NCBI GenBank assembly: GCA_965178125.1
Contig: OZ237760.1
Coordinates: 682,001 to 746,000, forward strand
Origin: Bilabrum cf. latius
Taxonomy: Eukaryota
Direction of reading: 5' to 3'
DNA length: 64,000 bases
Positions 12,011 to 24,446 of the stretch are shown one piece after another (the stretch's first letter is position 1; every line of letters begins with the position of its first letter). A model generated the notes under the pieces. It ran no database searches and was not told where the DNA came from. It was given only the letters and a program-made list of their open reading frames with translations. The translations under genes were made by a program, and so were the position numbers.

Positions 12011-15000
12011 ATGGAGAGCAAAACCAATGACACCGACTCAAATGTTGTTCACACGGATCCGACAATCATAACTGTAGTAGATGGCAAGAAGTACGTGTCA
12101 GGCACCTCGCAGGACGCGATCGCAGCTCCGGCCCCTGCTAGTTCCCAGCCCCCGCACACGACAAGTTCAGCGAAAGGAACCCCGCAATTCAATGGATTGG
12201 AGGGGCCAATCATAGCAGATCCTACAGACGATGATGATTCGGACGACGATGACGAGGAGGACTACGGCTGCGCCGACTGGATCCCATCGGTTTGCAGGTG
12301 CTGCGGAATGGACCTTCCAGCCCGACGGAGAGCAGCCACGCTAGAAACTGACGCCGAGACATAGGATGAGGGCGATATAAAGCCGGTGCTTGCGCATTCA
12401 TCTCAAGTTTCTCCAATCAGGCGGCGCCACCGGGCCAGCCGTACATGCTTGTTCTGGCACTGGGTGGGGCTGCGCCTTATTCTTGGCCCGGAGGCAGATC
12501 AGGTGCGAAGGCGGGCCTCAGCCAAATCAAAGTTTGGAAATTTGTTGGGCGCGTCCTAGGCCAAGAAGCCGAACGCCAGCGGGCCGTGCATGGGGTGGAG
12601 CTGCGGAGGTCTGGGGACCACTCCGCTGGCAGAACCGGGGGTGTGCTCAGTTTTGACCGCCATGCTCACTCAACTGGGGCCATGGGCCATCGTCGCCATT
12701 TTCCTTGCGAGCGCGTCAGGATTGGTCTGGTTGGGTGGGCAGGAGGACGGGAGGCCTCTCCTTCAGCTGAGGGAGACGGCGGGGTGGCAGTGGCTTGCAT
12801 ACCTGGCGGTTGTCATCGCGGTGGTGCCTGTGCTACGGGTGCTAAACAACGCGCTGTTCCTGTGCGTGACACTCACGTCCAGCACCTGCGGCTGCTTCCA
12901 TTGCGCGTTTCACATGGGGGCTCTGGATGGGCCCCTGTGGCTGGGGGCGCTATCGGGGGTGCACTGGGCGGCATGGAACCTGACCATCAACAGGGACATT
13001 GACGGGGAGGCGGGGGCAGGAACGGAGCGGCTGCGGGACAGGATCGGAACGCTGCTCGTGCTGTCTGCTCTGTACCGAGTAGCGGTAGGGGTGCTGCAGC
13101 GGGTTGTGAGGGGGGGCGTCAATGTCGAAGGGTTGGCAGCCAAGATCGAGCGACTGATGGGGTCCATGAAGGCCGTGAAGCGACTGACGGCAGCCGCAGC
13201 CAATTGCACAAGGGAGAGAAGGAAAGCAAGGGCGGCGAGGAGGGCCGGCGTAGGAGCTGTGGGCACAGCGCTCGGCTCAACGGCATCTCTGCCCCCCGAG
13301 ACCTGGAACACCAACCGAGCCAGCAGTCTCATGTACGGGGGAGGCGCAGATTCTACGCTCGGCTATTCCGGGTCTCTCGCCCCTGGCACGCACCCCGCCA
13401 GCGGGAAATACGGCGGCGGCGGTGTCCGCGGGCACCGCCGGATTCCAAGCGAGTGGCGTCAGCAGGAAGCGTCGCCGCCTCTCGTGACAGGGAGCGAAGA
13501 TGGGGGGCTGGGGCGGACGGCTAGAGGCGGCGGTGCGGACAGCAGCGCGATGGGGCGCGGCGTAGCCAGTGTGATGAGTGGGAGGGCCAGCGTCCCGCAT
13601 GGCATGGTGATCGGCAGCAGCGCCATTCCGCGCCCACTAGCGATGGCACCGCCCTTGGCGGTACCTGCAGCCGGCAGCATGGGGGCTGCCTCAAGCAGCA
13701 GCGACGCGCTTGGGGCGATCCATCCATCCCCTCGTCGGGCTGTTCCGATCCAACACGACCGAGCCCACATGGACGCAGACGCGCAATCTGATCTACCCCC
13801 AGAGGAGGGCGGCGATGCACCGCCACCCAGCGTTGCCTCTGCGGGTGCAACGAGCAGTGTCCAAGAAGTGGCACCGGCACCGGCAACGGCTCGCGCCGCT
13901 GCCAACACATCAGCTCGGAGCCACTGGGGCCAAGCAGAGCACCAAGAGCCCGATAGCGCCCCTACAGCATCGCAGCGGGCCACCGGCATGACTGCTGAGC
14001 TTGACGCTCCCATGCCGCCGCGGCTCCCTGGCAGCAGCCTTGGGGCCGAAGCGCCTGTTGGCGCACTGCCCGGGCCTCCAAGCGCCGGCACAGGCCACCG
14101 TAGGTACGTGTCTGGAAGTGGCAATACCACAGGCAGCCAGCAGTATGGCACTCGCGACTTCACGGGTCTCTCTGCGTTTGCTGCTGGCACCCCGGCTCCA
14201 GTGGGACAGAGCGACCACCATGACCCACCGCCCAGCGGTCTTCGCATCGACTCGACGCATGGAGGAACCGACAGGAGGCAATAGCACGGTCATCATTGCG
14301 ATCGGCAGCAGCATCAGCAGCGGAAGGTCTACCACGAGAGTCAAACCAGCGCATTCTTGCCCCGCCGTGCCAGCGGCGGCATTTCTCCCGGTTCGACTTA
14401 GGCACAGCTTGCGGGACACGACCAGCAGATGAGTCAGATCGGGAGCCGGGGAAGCACCTCAATTCGGCAGCCCGCCAGCATGCCCTCTGTGGATTCGCTG
14501 CAGCTGGCCACGCAGGCGGCGCAGACCGGTGACCTGCAGGGAGTGCTTCGCTTCGTAGTGGTGGACCCTGTTTTGGTGCAGCTGACCGGTGATTCGCTGG
14601 TAGAGGTCACCTCCGCCTCGCAGATGAGGAAGCTGGCCAGCGCGGCCTTCCAGAGGCTGGACGCAAGGAGAACGGGTAGGGTCTCAGAAGAGATGCTCAG
14701 GAGGCTAGGCGGGCTCGAGTATGCCGAGGCGGAGGAGTGCGTGCAGCTGATGGAGGCGACCGCAACCAAGACGTTCACCCGTCGGGACGCAGTGCTGTTT
14801 GCGAATCGCGTGTGGTCCGAATGGAGAGGGCTGTCGCTGACCATGCAGGGGTACAGCAGCGCCAATGACGCGATTCGTCTCATTGCAGAGGTGCTCTTCG
14901 TGGTGGCTCTGGTCATCACGGCTCTCGTCGTGTTCGGTGCGGACGTGGGGCAAGTGCTTTTGACGTTCGGCACGGTGCTGGTTTCGACGTCATTTGCCGC

Positions 15001-16972
15001 GGGGGAACCCATCCGGAACGTACTTCAGAGCCTCATCTTCATCATCGGGTACCAGGCCTTCGACGTGGGCGACCGCGTGGTGATCGAAGGGCAGCCCACC
15101 TCGTACGTGCATGCCATCGGGCTGCTTACCTGCACCTTCCGCACGCTCACATCGAAGAAATACATGATCGCGACACATCGGTTGATCGACATGACCATTC
15201 AGAACCACCGGAGATCGCCCAAGGCACTCCTTGAGGTCCTCCTTAAGGTGGGCTGGAGGACGACCCCGGAGCAGCTGGACAAGCTTGTGACCGGTACGGT
15301 GGAGTGGGTGCGGCAGCGGCCCCACGTCTTTGACGCTCAGGTAGTGGAGGCGTACATCTATTCGTGCGACCCGGCAGCGGGCACAATCCTCGTGTCGTTC
15401 TGGGTGGGCCACCGGCTGAGCTGGCAGGAGGGTGTCACCATCTGGGCGGACATGTCTCGTCTCCTCGTTGCCATCAAGGAGATGATGATCGGGCTGGGGA
15501 TCGAGGTGGCCCAGCCGCCCCTACCAGTGGCCCTTGGCGCCCCGCAGGAGATCACCCCCTCGCTGGGTGTCGAATCCAGGGCGGCCCTTTTCGGCGGGTA
15601 GGACCGATTCACCGGGGCTGCGGCCATGCAGCAGCAGCAGCAGCAACACCAGTAGCAGGCGATGTTGCAGCAGCAGATGCAAATGATGCAGCAGCAGATG
15701 AATGCGCAGCAGCACATGCAACAGCAACAGCAGTTGCAGCACGAGCATCAATACCAGCAGTGGCACCAGCAACCCCCGCTTTGGACAGCTGTGGGCCAGC
15801 CCCCACCTGCTTCTCCTCCTGCAGGTACCCGTACTTAGGGCGGCTTGGTGGGTCTGCCGCTTGACCACAGCAGTCCCGGACAGAAGCAAGTAGAGACCTT
15901 CCGACAGCTCGGGGATGATCGTCCCACCGGTCTTGCAACAGCAGGGGACGCGTGGTCACCGCAAGGAGTCCGCAGCACCTAGCATCCGTGCAGCCCCTCG
16001 AATGCGGATGACCCCCTGGCCTCGCCGCCACAGAGAGCGATGCGTGGGCTGGGAGGGGCGGGGCGGAGCGGGGGCAAGCTTTTGCCCAAGCAAATCGGGG
16101 GCGAGGGTCCCAAACTGCTCTCGGCATTCAATCTGTCTCGCGGTTCCGTGGGTGCAGCGCACGGTGGCGCGCACAAGGAGCGGCGGCTGTCGAGCGGCGG
16201 TGCCTCGGAGGGCGGGCTGGTTCACGGGGGGGCGGAACGGGGCAGATCCGGCCTGCTGGACGACGGCGACTCGGTGTTCGAGCTTAGTGGCACGTAGATC
16301 AGGGGCAAGGGTACACCGCATGGCGGTGCGCTCAATGGGGAGCAGGCGAGCGGCGGCATGCGGGCCTCGGCATCCGACAGCGAGCTTCGCAGGCGGTCAG
16401 GCGGCCTCCAGCACGAAGAAGAGGAGGAGGGTTACAGGAAGCCGAGGAGCAGCATTCCTTTCGTCCAAGGGGATCAATAGCCTGCAGTGCCCCCACGGGG
16501 ACGGCTCGGCGTGCGACCGAATCTGCGAGCAGCTGCTCCAGCTGGTGCTCGGGTGGCCAGTCGATGGGGCAGTGCTCTCTCCGGCCCAATCCAGCGTCAG
16601 TCGCGCGGAGCAGATGCCTGGGGTAGACCCTCTGGCCAAGGTGGCGATAGAATTCATGATCGGAGAGGCAGGGATGCGGCGATGCTCGGTTCGGACGGAG
16701 ACGGTGCGAGCAGCGCTGCCACCGGGCCAGAGCCTCTCGTGCCGCCCGGAATGGAGGCGGAACCGGGCGGCGTGCTGCGGCGCCGCGCAGCGGCGATTCG
16801 CCGGACGGATCCGCGCGCCCTTGCCCGCAGTTTGGTTGACGTGAAGGCTGGCATGGCGGGCGGGACTCACTCCTGGGTGCAGCCGTACCACGAGCGGCAG
16901 GCTGTGTATCCGGACGTGAGGCAGGCAGACTTAGCTAGCGGTGGACGGGACAGGAAGCGAGGTGGACTTTGA
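12011..16972 (+). CDS. MscS-family mechanosensitive channel with EF-hand-like motif and poly-Gln C-terminal tail (1653 aa)
   Basis: Single frame from ATG 12011 through 10 TAGs to TGA 16970-16972. It has N-terminal TM segments (12640-13110) and a degenerate EF-hand AFQRLDARRTGRVSEE. The MscS core reads ...TFGTVLVSTSFAAGEPIRNVLQSLIFIIGYQAFDVGDRVVIEG...IQNHRRS. Confidence 0.88.
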
Positions 16973-17175
16973 TCGCACGGTATTATCATTTTTTCCCCTT
17001 CAATTGGTTGGGATTGCACAGAGCACCCTGCAAAGTACAGAAAATCGGATTTTATTGTAACGTGCAGTCTCCAAACGGAATCTGTCGGTGATGAAGACAA
17101 AGCAAACGGCAACTGCTCGAACGAAGGGATCCTTTCCGGCAGTGGCAGGCAATCGTAAGATCCAAACCATCTGCG

Positions 17176-19107
17176 ATGTCAGGCAAGCGAGCTAGTAGCC
17201 AAGCGTAGTCAGGGCAGGGTAGGAGGGGCCAGGCGTCCAGCAAAGCCGTTTAGCGAACGCAGCAAGTGGCAGCCGGCGCACAGCTCGGCTCCAAGCGTGG
17301 GCGGCAAGGAATGCGATCCTCGCAAGCGCCATCAAGTGAATCATCTTTCAGCAGCCAAATGGTCTTCGCCCAGAGCCAACCAATGGGAACCCCTCAGAGC
17401 TCACAGCACATTTCTGCATCTGCTGGGTACCAGCATTTGATGTCAATGGGGCAGCACATGGGACATGGACCTGGCGGACACCAAGTAATTTTGGCAGGTC
17501 ATTCGGAAGAGGCTGCTCGACAAGCGCAAGGGATGATGCAAGGCGGAGCCTATCTGCAGCAGCAGCCGCTGCATCACCCCCACATGGGCATGCAGCCGCA
17601 GTATCCCCAGTCGAATCTGTTCCAGTTCCAAGCGAACTAGGCGGCCGCGATACTCGGCCAGGTCGACCCAACTTCCTTGCAGAGGCAGTCAAAACGCCTT
17701 CGTGTTGACGCTGCCGCCCAAAGGGCGCAGGAAGTGGCCGCTGCCGCTGCGCACCGAGCGAGCCTGGGCCAGCCGGGGAGGGCCGCCGAGGGCAGCTCGT
17801 CATCATCGTCTTCCTCTTCGTCTGGCGGTCCAAGGAGCGACGCAGCCGCCGCTGCCGCTGCGGCTGCTGCAGCGGTTGCTATCCAGAGCCGGGGCGGGGC
17901 GCGCGGGTAGGGACATGGACAGGGGCAGGCGCAGGCACAGGGTGGTGTGCCGGCAGGAGCCTACAGCCAGCAGCAGCAGCAGCACGTCTCGAAGAGGGAC
18001 GGATCCTTCGCGCCTTAGGCTCCCCCTGGCATGGCTGTGGCAGCGGGGGGAGTGGCGGGTGCAGGTGCAGGAACGCGCGGATCTCTCGGTGGCAGGGGGC
18101 AGCAGGGGCAGGGGCAGGGTCCGAAGGGCAAGCTGGGGCGACCCAGGCTGCCTGAGCCCCCGAAGAACGGCGCAGGCCTGTACATCTGCGTCACTTGCAG
18201 CAAGGAATTCAAGCTGGCTGGCAACCTGAGGCGGCACCAGGCCACGATGCACGGCGATCACAAGGATAGGCACAGGTGCCCCGAGTGCGGGAAGGCATTC
18301 AGCCAGCTGGGCAACCTAAAGAGACACGTGGCCACGGTGCACCGAAAGGAAAAGAATTACAAGTGTGACCAGTGCGGGAAGCTCTTCACGCAGCCCGGCA
18401 ACCTCCAGAGGCACAGGAGGGTCATGCACGCCGCGCTGATCGGAGGGGACGAAGCGGGCGCAGCTGCAGCCATGCCTCCACCGATGCTGCCCTGCCCCAA
18501 GTGCGGGAAGACCTTCAAGCAAGCGGGCAACCTGAAGAGGCACTTGGAGCACGTGCACGACACGAATAGGCCGCACGAGTGCGGGGTGTGCGGCAAGCGC
18601 TTCCACAAGGAAGGCAGCCTCAGGAGGCACTACAAGAGGCACACGCAGGCGGCGGGATCTGGCGAGGGCGTGGGCGCGGGCGGTCGTCGCTTCCTCGGGC
18701 TGATTCACCCGGATGCTGCTGCTGCTGCTGCTGCTGGCTCCGGGGCCAGTGCAGGTGCCGCCGCGGCCGCTGCTGCCGCTGCGAGTGCGAGCGCCAAGAG
18801 GAAGGCAGGAGGTGCAGCGCATTCAGGTGCAGCGGTGACGAGTCCCAGTGACGCGGCCGCCATCGCCAACTTCATGACGGCCCAGCGGCTCGGGGGTGCT
18901 GCACCGGCGATCGGGGCCCGGGGGGCTGCGCAGGGTGGGGCGGGTGCGGCTAGTCGGTCCAGTGGGAGGAACGCTTCGGGGTAGTCGTCTGGGCTGCCTC
19001 CTACAGCAGCGGCTGCTGCCGCAGCAGCTGCAGCAGCCGGCGCGGCGGCGGGTGCCCGCCTGGCCGCTTCTCAAAAGCCCGCCAAGAAGGCCCAGTCAGG
19101 CAAGTGA
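17176..19107 (+). CDS. C2H2 zinc-finger transcription factor (5 fingers, Gln/Ala-rich flanks)
   Basis: Five CxxC...HxxxH/HxxxxH fingers at 18187-18645. The frame is continuous from ATG 17176 (or 17311) through TAGs at 17206, 17251, 17638, 17908, 18016 and 18982 to TGA 19105-19107. Confidence 0.9.
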
Positions 19108-19159
19108 CTGGACCGAGTCAGGCAAGTGACTGGACCGAGTCAGGCAAGTGACTGGACCG
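19094..19159 (+). repeat. 3 x 22-bp tandem repeat AGTCAGGCAAGTGACTGGACCG spanning the zinc-finger gene stop codon
   Basis: Three exact copies at 19094, 19116 and 19138. Confidence 0.95.
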
Positions 19160-19360
19160 CTCATATGATTGCTTCCATTGTGTTTGTGTGTGATAGTTGC
19201 GGTGAATTAGAGCATGCTATCTCTCTTTCCGAGCGTTCTTGTCGCAATTGAAGTATTTGAAGATGAAGAAGGTCAATCCAATGTTGCCGTTGCGCCAGGA
19301 GGACGTAACTTGCACCGTATACGAGATCATTTTCCGCATCTAATCTAGAAGTTGGACGTC

Positions 19361-20002
19361 ATGGATGATGCATCAGCGGCTAGTATGGCCAGCAAAGCAA
19401 GAGAGTACGCGGAAAAGCATGGATTGATGCACTTGATAGCAGAATTGCAGCGCGGCATTTTGCTGGCTAAGCCCGAGCCCATGGATAGCATAGCTGATTG
19501 GCTCATTAAGGATATGAATAAGTTAAGGTCGCTTGCACCAGGTGAAGAGGTGGAAAGAGAAGGAAGCGGGGATACCGAGGAAGCAGCGCAGGCGTACCTC
19601 GAGAAGTATAGGATCCCACAGCTGATGGAAGAGCTGCTCGGCAGGGTTTTGTACAGCCAACCAGAGGACCCACACGCTCTCATGATTAAAGAGCTGGAAA
19701 AATTGCAGCGTAGGGTCGCGGGTGCCCGCCCACCTGGGTTTTTTAGCGACGACGACTTGCGGGGCGTGTTTACGCTATTTGACCCCACAGGGAAAGGGAA
19801 GATCAGCGAGAAGCAGGTTATCACCGGCTTTCAAGCCCTTGGAATCAGCGTGAAGGCAGAGAGTGGCGATGGCGATGCCGGAAAAGGAGCAGGTGCTGGA
19901 GAAGGCAAGGAGGCCGACGAGCCGTCCAGCGAGCCGACGGTCGACGAGGCCGAGTGGGTCCGCAGGGCGAGGCAGGAGCTGTCCCATCACTCTGTTTTGT
20001 GA
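19361..20002 (+). CDS. EFCAB10-like protein: two RIIa/Dpy-30-like docking modules plus an EF-hand
   Basis: Repeated module AREYAEKHGLMHLIAELQRGILLAKPEPMD / AQAYLEKYRIPQLMEELLGRVLYSQPEDPH, followed by EF-hand FTLFDPTGKGKISEKQ. Ends at TGA. Confidence 0.75.
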   Translation: MDDASAASMASKAREYAEKHGLMHLIAELQRGILLAKPEPMDSIADWLIKDMNKLRSLAPGEEVEREGSGDTEEAAQAYLEKYRIPQLMEELLGRVLYSQPEDPHALMIKELEKLQRRVAGARPPGFFSDDDLRGVFTLFDPTGKGKISEKQVITGFQALGISVKAESGDGDAGKGAGAGEGKEADEPSSEPTVDEAEWVRRARQELSHHSVL

Positions 20003-20526
20003 CATTCCTTTCGCAAAGGCGTGCTTGCAGGCTGAAAAAGGTTCGATTTGAGCGCAGATAGGCTGTTTATGTTCAGCAGACATGCCACCAAAGACCGCCA
20101 CGGCTTCAAGGGTTCGTTTACAAGAGAAAACTACCACTGGACCACTGGATGGGCCGGTGCACATCTACACTAGCAGGGTGATGCGCAGTCAAGCACGCCC
20201 ATCGGCCCGCATAGCCTCCAATTTAGCACCCCATGGCCGCCTACGCCTCTGGCAGCCAGTAGACACGAGCCGGCACTGCAGACGATTGCAAAGGCAGAAA
20301 TGCCAACCGTGCCTATGCCCCTCGCCTCCACACCCACCAACCCACCCCCTTTGGCTCATCTTCCCAGTACCCCTTCCAACCGGCAATCATGGCGCCTCGC
20401 CGAAACAGCTCGACTTCAGCGCGCACGCTCCCGCACCACACCCTCTTACCGCAGCCACCTTTCGCTTTGCCACCAATCACATCTGTGCAACTACTATTAT
20501 ACCATCTACCGCGTGCTTGCTTGCAA

Positions 20527-20761
20527 TCACTCGTGGATCTTGCTCACGATCCCGGCCCCCACAGTGCGGCCCCCCTCCCGCACAGCGAACTTCAGGCCCT
20601 CCTGCATGGGCACGGGCATCTGCAGGGTCACCGTCAGGGTGGCGTCGTCACCGGGCATGACCAGCTCCACGTCGTCTCCGAGGGAGTCAATCTTGCCGGT
20701 GACGTCAGCGGTGCGGAAATACAGCTGGGGGGAGTACCCCTTGACGAATGGGGTGTGGCGG

Positions 20762-20792
<31 letters not shown>

Positions 20793-22161
20793 TTGCGTCA
20801 AACTTGGTGTGCTGCTTCACGCTGTCGGGCTTGGCCACGACCTGCCCTCGCTTCACGTCGTCCCGCTTGAGTCCTCGCAGCAGGATACCGACGTTGTCCC
20901 CGGCCTGCCCCTGGTCCAGCTGCTTTCGGAACATCTCCACACCTGTGCATGTGGTCCTGATCGGGTCTGCCTTGAGGCCAAGGATCTCGATGTCGTCTCC
21001 CACGTTGATCACTCCGGTCTCCACGCGCCCCGTCACCACGGTCCCTCGCCCAGAGATGGAGAACACGTCCTCCACAGGCATAAGGAAATCCTTCTCTAGC
21101 TCCCTTGGCGGCAGGGGGATGTACTCGTCCACGTGGTTCATCAGCTCCAGCACCCTGTCCTTGCCGATCTCGTCCTTCTCCCCCTGCAGGGCCATGAGCG
21201 CGCTTCCCTGCACGATGGGCACGTCGTCTCCGTCGAAGTCGTAGAAGGAAAGCAGGTCACGGATCTCGATCTCAACCAGCTCTAGGAGCTCCTCGTCGTC
21301 CATCTGGTCCAATTTGTTCATGAAGACAACTAGGGCGGGGACGCCCACCTGCTTGGCAAGCAGGATGTGCTCCCGGGTCTGGGGCATGGGCCCGTCTGGC
21401 GCGCTCACCACCAGGATGCCGCCGTCCATCTGCGCCGCGCCGGTGATCATGTTCTTGACGTAATCTGCGTGGCCTGGGCAGTCCACGTGGGCGTAGTGCC
21501 TATTGGCCGTCTCGTACTCCACGTGGGCGGTGTTGATGGTGATGCCGCGTGCTCGCTCCTCGGGAGCCCCGTCGATTTCGTCGTATGCCTTTGCCTGGGC
21601 CGCGCCGCCGTCCGCGGCCTGTGACAGGACGGTGGTGATGGCTGCCGTCAGCGTGGTCTTTCCGTGATCTACGTGGCCGATTGTGCCGATGTTGGCGTGA
21701 GGCTTCTTGCGCTCGAACGAGCACATGCCGCGCTGGGACGACGCCAGGGCCGAGCGGCCAGCTGCAGCAGGGAGGGGAGAGTGGAGAACAAAGTTGCAAA
21801 ACATAGAAATACCACTCATGAATTATATGCTGACACTAATGGCGCGCATCGTGGGGAGCGGCTACCAGCAGTCCGTTGCTGGCATCGAGGCACATGTAAG
21901 TTCCGTATTCCCACTACCAGTGCAGGCAGCCAAAAAACCTCGAACGGACCAGTGCCAATATGAGTGGCTATGGAGGAAACACGGACTTGGTGGTTTGGGC
22001 AGACACAGCTAGGGCAGCCAGCAATGCTCCTGTGCAATCTCCACATCAGCCCAACGTCAAGTCGACGACTGCCCACTCAACCACAAGCCGTGACACCTAG
22101 CTTTCTCACCAACGCTTCGCATCATACGAGCGGATGCATTCACGGCGCGACGGGCGAGCAT
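20527..22161 (-). CDS. TUFM: Mitochondrial elongation factor Tu (nucleus-encoded), 2 exons: 22161..22110 and 21761..20527
   Basis: Motifs [31 protein letters not shown] and NKLD. Splicing the intron 22109..21762 (GTGAGA...polypyrimidine...CTGCAG, phase 1) gives an Arg/Ser/Ala-rich, acid-free presequence [32 protein letters not shown]. Ends at TGA. Confidence 0.95.
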
Positions 22162-22334
22162 AATGCCTGTACGAGTCGTAGAGATGCGCGCAAACCCGGT
22201 GGCCTCTGGGGAAATTTGATCGGATTTTTGGGCTCGAGTAGCGTTCGATTTCAAACCAGGTGCAACTGCTAGTATCGGGCTGCTCCTGAGTTCAAATCGA
22301 AACCATAGGCATTTGTACCAGTGCTGTGTAGCCT
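22162..22334. promoter_or_regulatory. Putative compact bidirectional promoter between EF-Tu and the cytochrome b5 reductase gene
   Basis: Only 173 bp separate two divergent ATGs, and the segment is less GC-rich than the flanking CDS. No specific motif identified. Confidence 0.5.
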
Positions 22335-24189
22335 ATGGAGGGTAATGTATCGCGACCAGCTGTGGTTGGATCTACAAAGCCACGCGGGCTCGGTGCACCG
22401 CCGCGGATTCCCACTGGTGCGGTGGCTCAGCGCGCTGTTGCCTCATCTGCTGGTCCTTCGAGCAGCATCCGGACCGGTGGTGGCGCTACGGGGTCAGGCC
22501 GAACTAAAACGGCCCTCCGAAAGGGTTTTAGTCTCATGGTAAGTCGATCAGCAGCTGCCATGATCTGTTTTGTTTTGCCAAGGGTCACCTGCACCACGTC
22601 CAATCGCGTCTGTGCTATACCCAGCAACTCTATTCCTGCAGGATTGGATGAGACTCTCCATGAGGAACGATGATCTCACAAACGCTGGGGAGCGCAAGGG
22701 CGAGTATACCATGGCGGACGTTCGCAGCCACCAGTCCCGCGGCGACTGCTGGATGGTTCTGAACGGAGTGGTGTACGACGTCACAAAGTACGTGGATTTC
22801 CACCCCGGTGGCGCGGAGGAGTTGCTCCGCGGCGCTGGGGAGGACGCCACCTCGATGTTCGTGGAGGCGCATCCCTGGGTGAACTACGAGAGCATGCTGG
22901 AGAGCTGCGTGGTCGGCAAGCTGGCGGCGAGCGAGGGTGCGGCTGGCGGCGCCAAGGGGTCCAGGAAGGGCGGATCCAAGCTCGCCAGGGGAGCGGTGGC
23001 CATGGATGGGGAGGCCGGGGGCCCGGGCAGAGCAGAAGGGGCGGTTTCCTCGGGGCAGCTGCTTCGCGGGGACGGCGCGTGGGAGAGCGTGCAGCTCGTC
23101 TCGAGGGGCCCCGCCTCGCGGGACGGCAGCAGCGTCCTGTTCCGGTTTGCCCTGCCCGAGGGCTGCGCCTCGCTGGGGCTCCAGCACGCGGGGCAGCACC
23201 TGGACGTTCGATTCATTGACAGAGGCATGGCCGGCCGCACAGGCACCGCGGGCGCGGCCGGTGAGGCGGGGCGCACGACCGAGGTGATCCGGCCCTACAC
23301 GCCCGTGCCACCCATGCAGCTGGGGGTGGGGGCTAACGAGACAGACGATACGGCGAGCGGAGGCGGGGCCCCTGCAGGGGCAGGCACAGGGTCTTCTTCT
23401 GCGCCGCACCCGTCCTCCTCTTCCTCTTCGTCCTCGTTCACGTCTACCACCACCAGCAGTGCAGCTCCCGCCGCTCCCTCGACGACCGAGGGACAGCGAA
23501 CAGGGGCGGCGGCAGCTCCACGGCGGCACTTGGACTTGGCGGTCAAGCTCTACGAGCGGGGCAGGGCGTCTGGGTTCTTCAGGGCCCTGAAACCTGGGGA
23601 CTCGATTGACGTGCGGGGGCCCAAGGGCGAGTTCGGGTACCGCCGCGGGATGGCGCGGTGGGGGGGGCGGGCCAGGAGGGCGAGGCCGCTGCTGCTGGCG
23701 GCGGGTGGCAGCGGTGTCACGCCCATGATGCAGGTGCTCGCGGCAGCCGCCAAGGACCCCGAGGACGGCACGCCCATCCACCTGCTGGTGGTGTCCAGTA
23801 CGAGCGGGGACGTTATGCTCAGGGAACAACTGGAGGCGCTGCACGCGGGTCGCGAGGGAACAACGGTGTCGTTTCTGTTCACAAGGGAGACGGAAGGCAC
23901 TGCCACTGGCACTGGAACTGGAACTGGAACTGGAACTGGAACTGGCAATGGTGGTGCAGATGATGGCGGGAGTGCAGCCTCTGCTGTGAAGGGTAAAACT
24001 GGTGGCTTGAGAGATGGTGCGCCGGTAGTGCAGCGTGGGAAGCTGTCTGTCGCTACGGTCGGCAAGGCGTGGCCCGCCCCTTCGGAGGATGCAGTGGTGG
24101 CTGTGTGCGGGCCCGAGGGGTTCAACCTGGCCGTGGAGGAGATCGCCAGGGAGCTGTACTACAGGGCTGACGGGATCTTCAAGTTCTGA
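22335..24189 (+). CDS. Cytochrome b5 / NADH-cytochrome b5 reductase fusion (CYB5R4/Ncb5or-like), exons 22335..22538 and 22642..24189
   Basis: Splicing the GTAAGT...CTGCAG intron restores KTALRKGFSLM|DWMRL, which resembles the Ncb5or N-terminus. Also present: heme motif FHPGG and second His AHPWVN, flavin RPYTP, NAD-binding AGGSGVTPM, CGP and a terminal Phe. Ends at TGA. Confidence 0.9.
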
Positions 24190-24446
24190 GAGTTTACGTG
24201 GCCGTGGAAATTGGTACTTGCAGAATCCTCCGTCGCGTGAGATTTCTGCGTTTAAGTATTGGGTTCTCCTGTTCTTAAGTGAATCGGTGGAGAATTGGGT
24301 CTGCGCAAGCGGCCTGCTCCTTGCCGTGCTGTCGGTGGCCTCGATCGCCAAGCCGGTATGAATGAGGCGTATATACCGTGCCGTTAGCCTTGATTTTAAA
24401 ACGATTCTCTCAAATCGCGCTCCAAACGCTCTACGGAAGGATTTAG

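Noticed and set aside
20527-21819. Bacterial tuf gene (contamination or recent HGT), or start at 21819
   Set aside because: A spliceosomal intron and a mitochondrial-type presequence in an upstream exon explain the 5' end. The listed ORF start lies inside the intron.
22162-22334. tRNA (e.g. suppressor tRNA-Gln CUA) suggested by GTTCGA/GTTCAA T-loop-like words
   Set aside because: I could not fold a cloverleaf here or elsewhere in the window. tRNAscan-SE would settle it.
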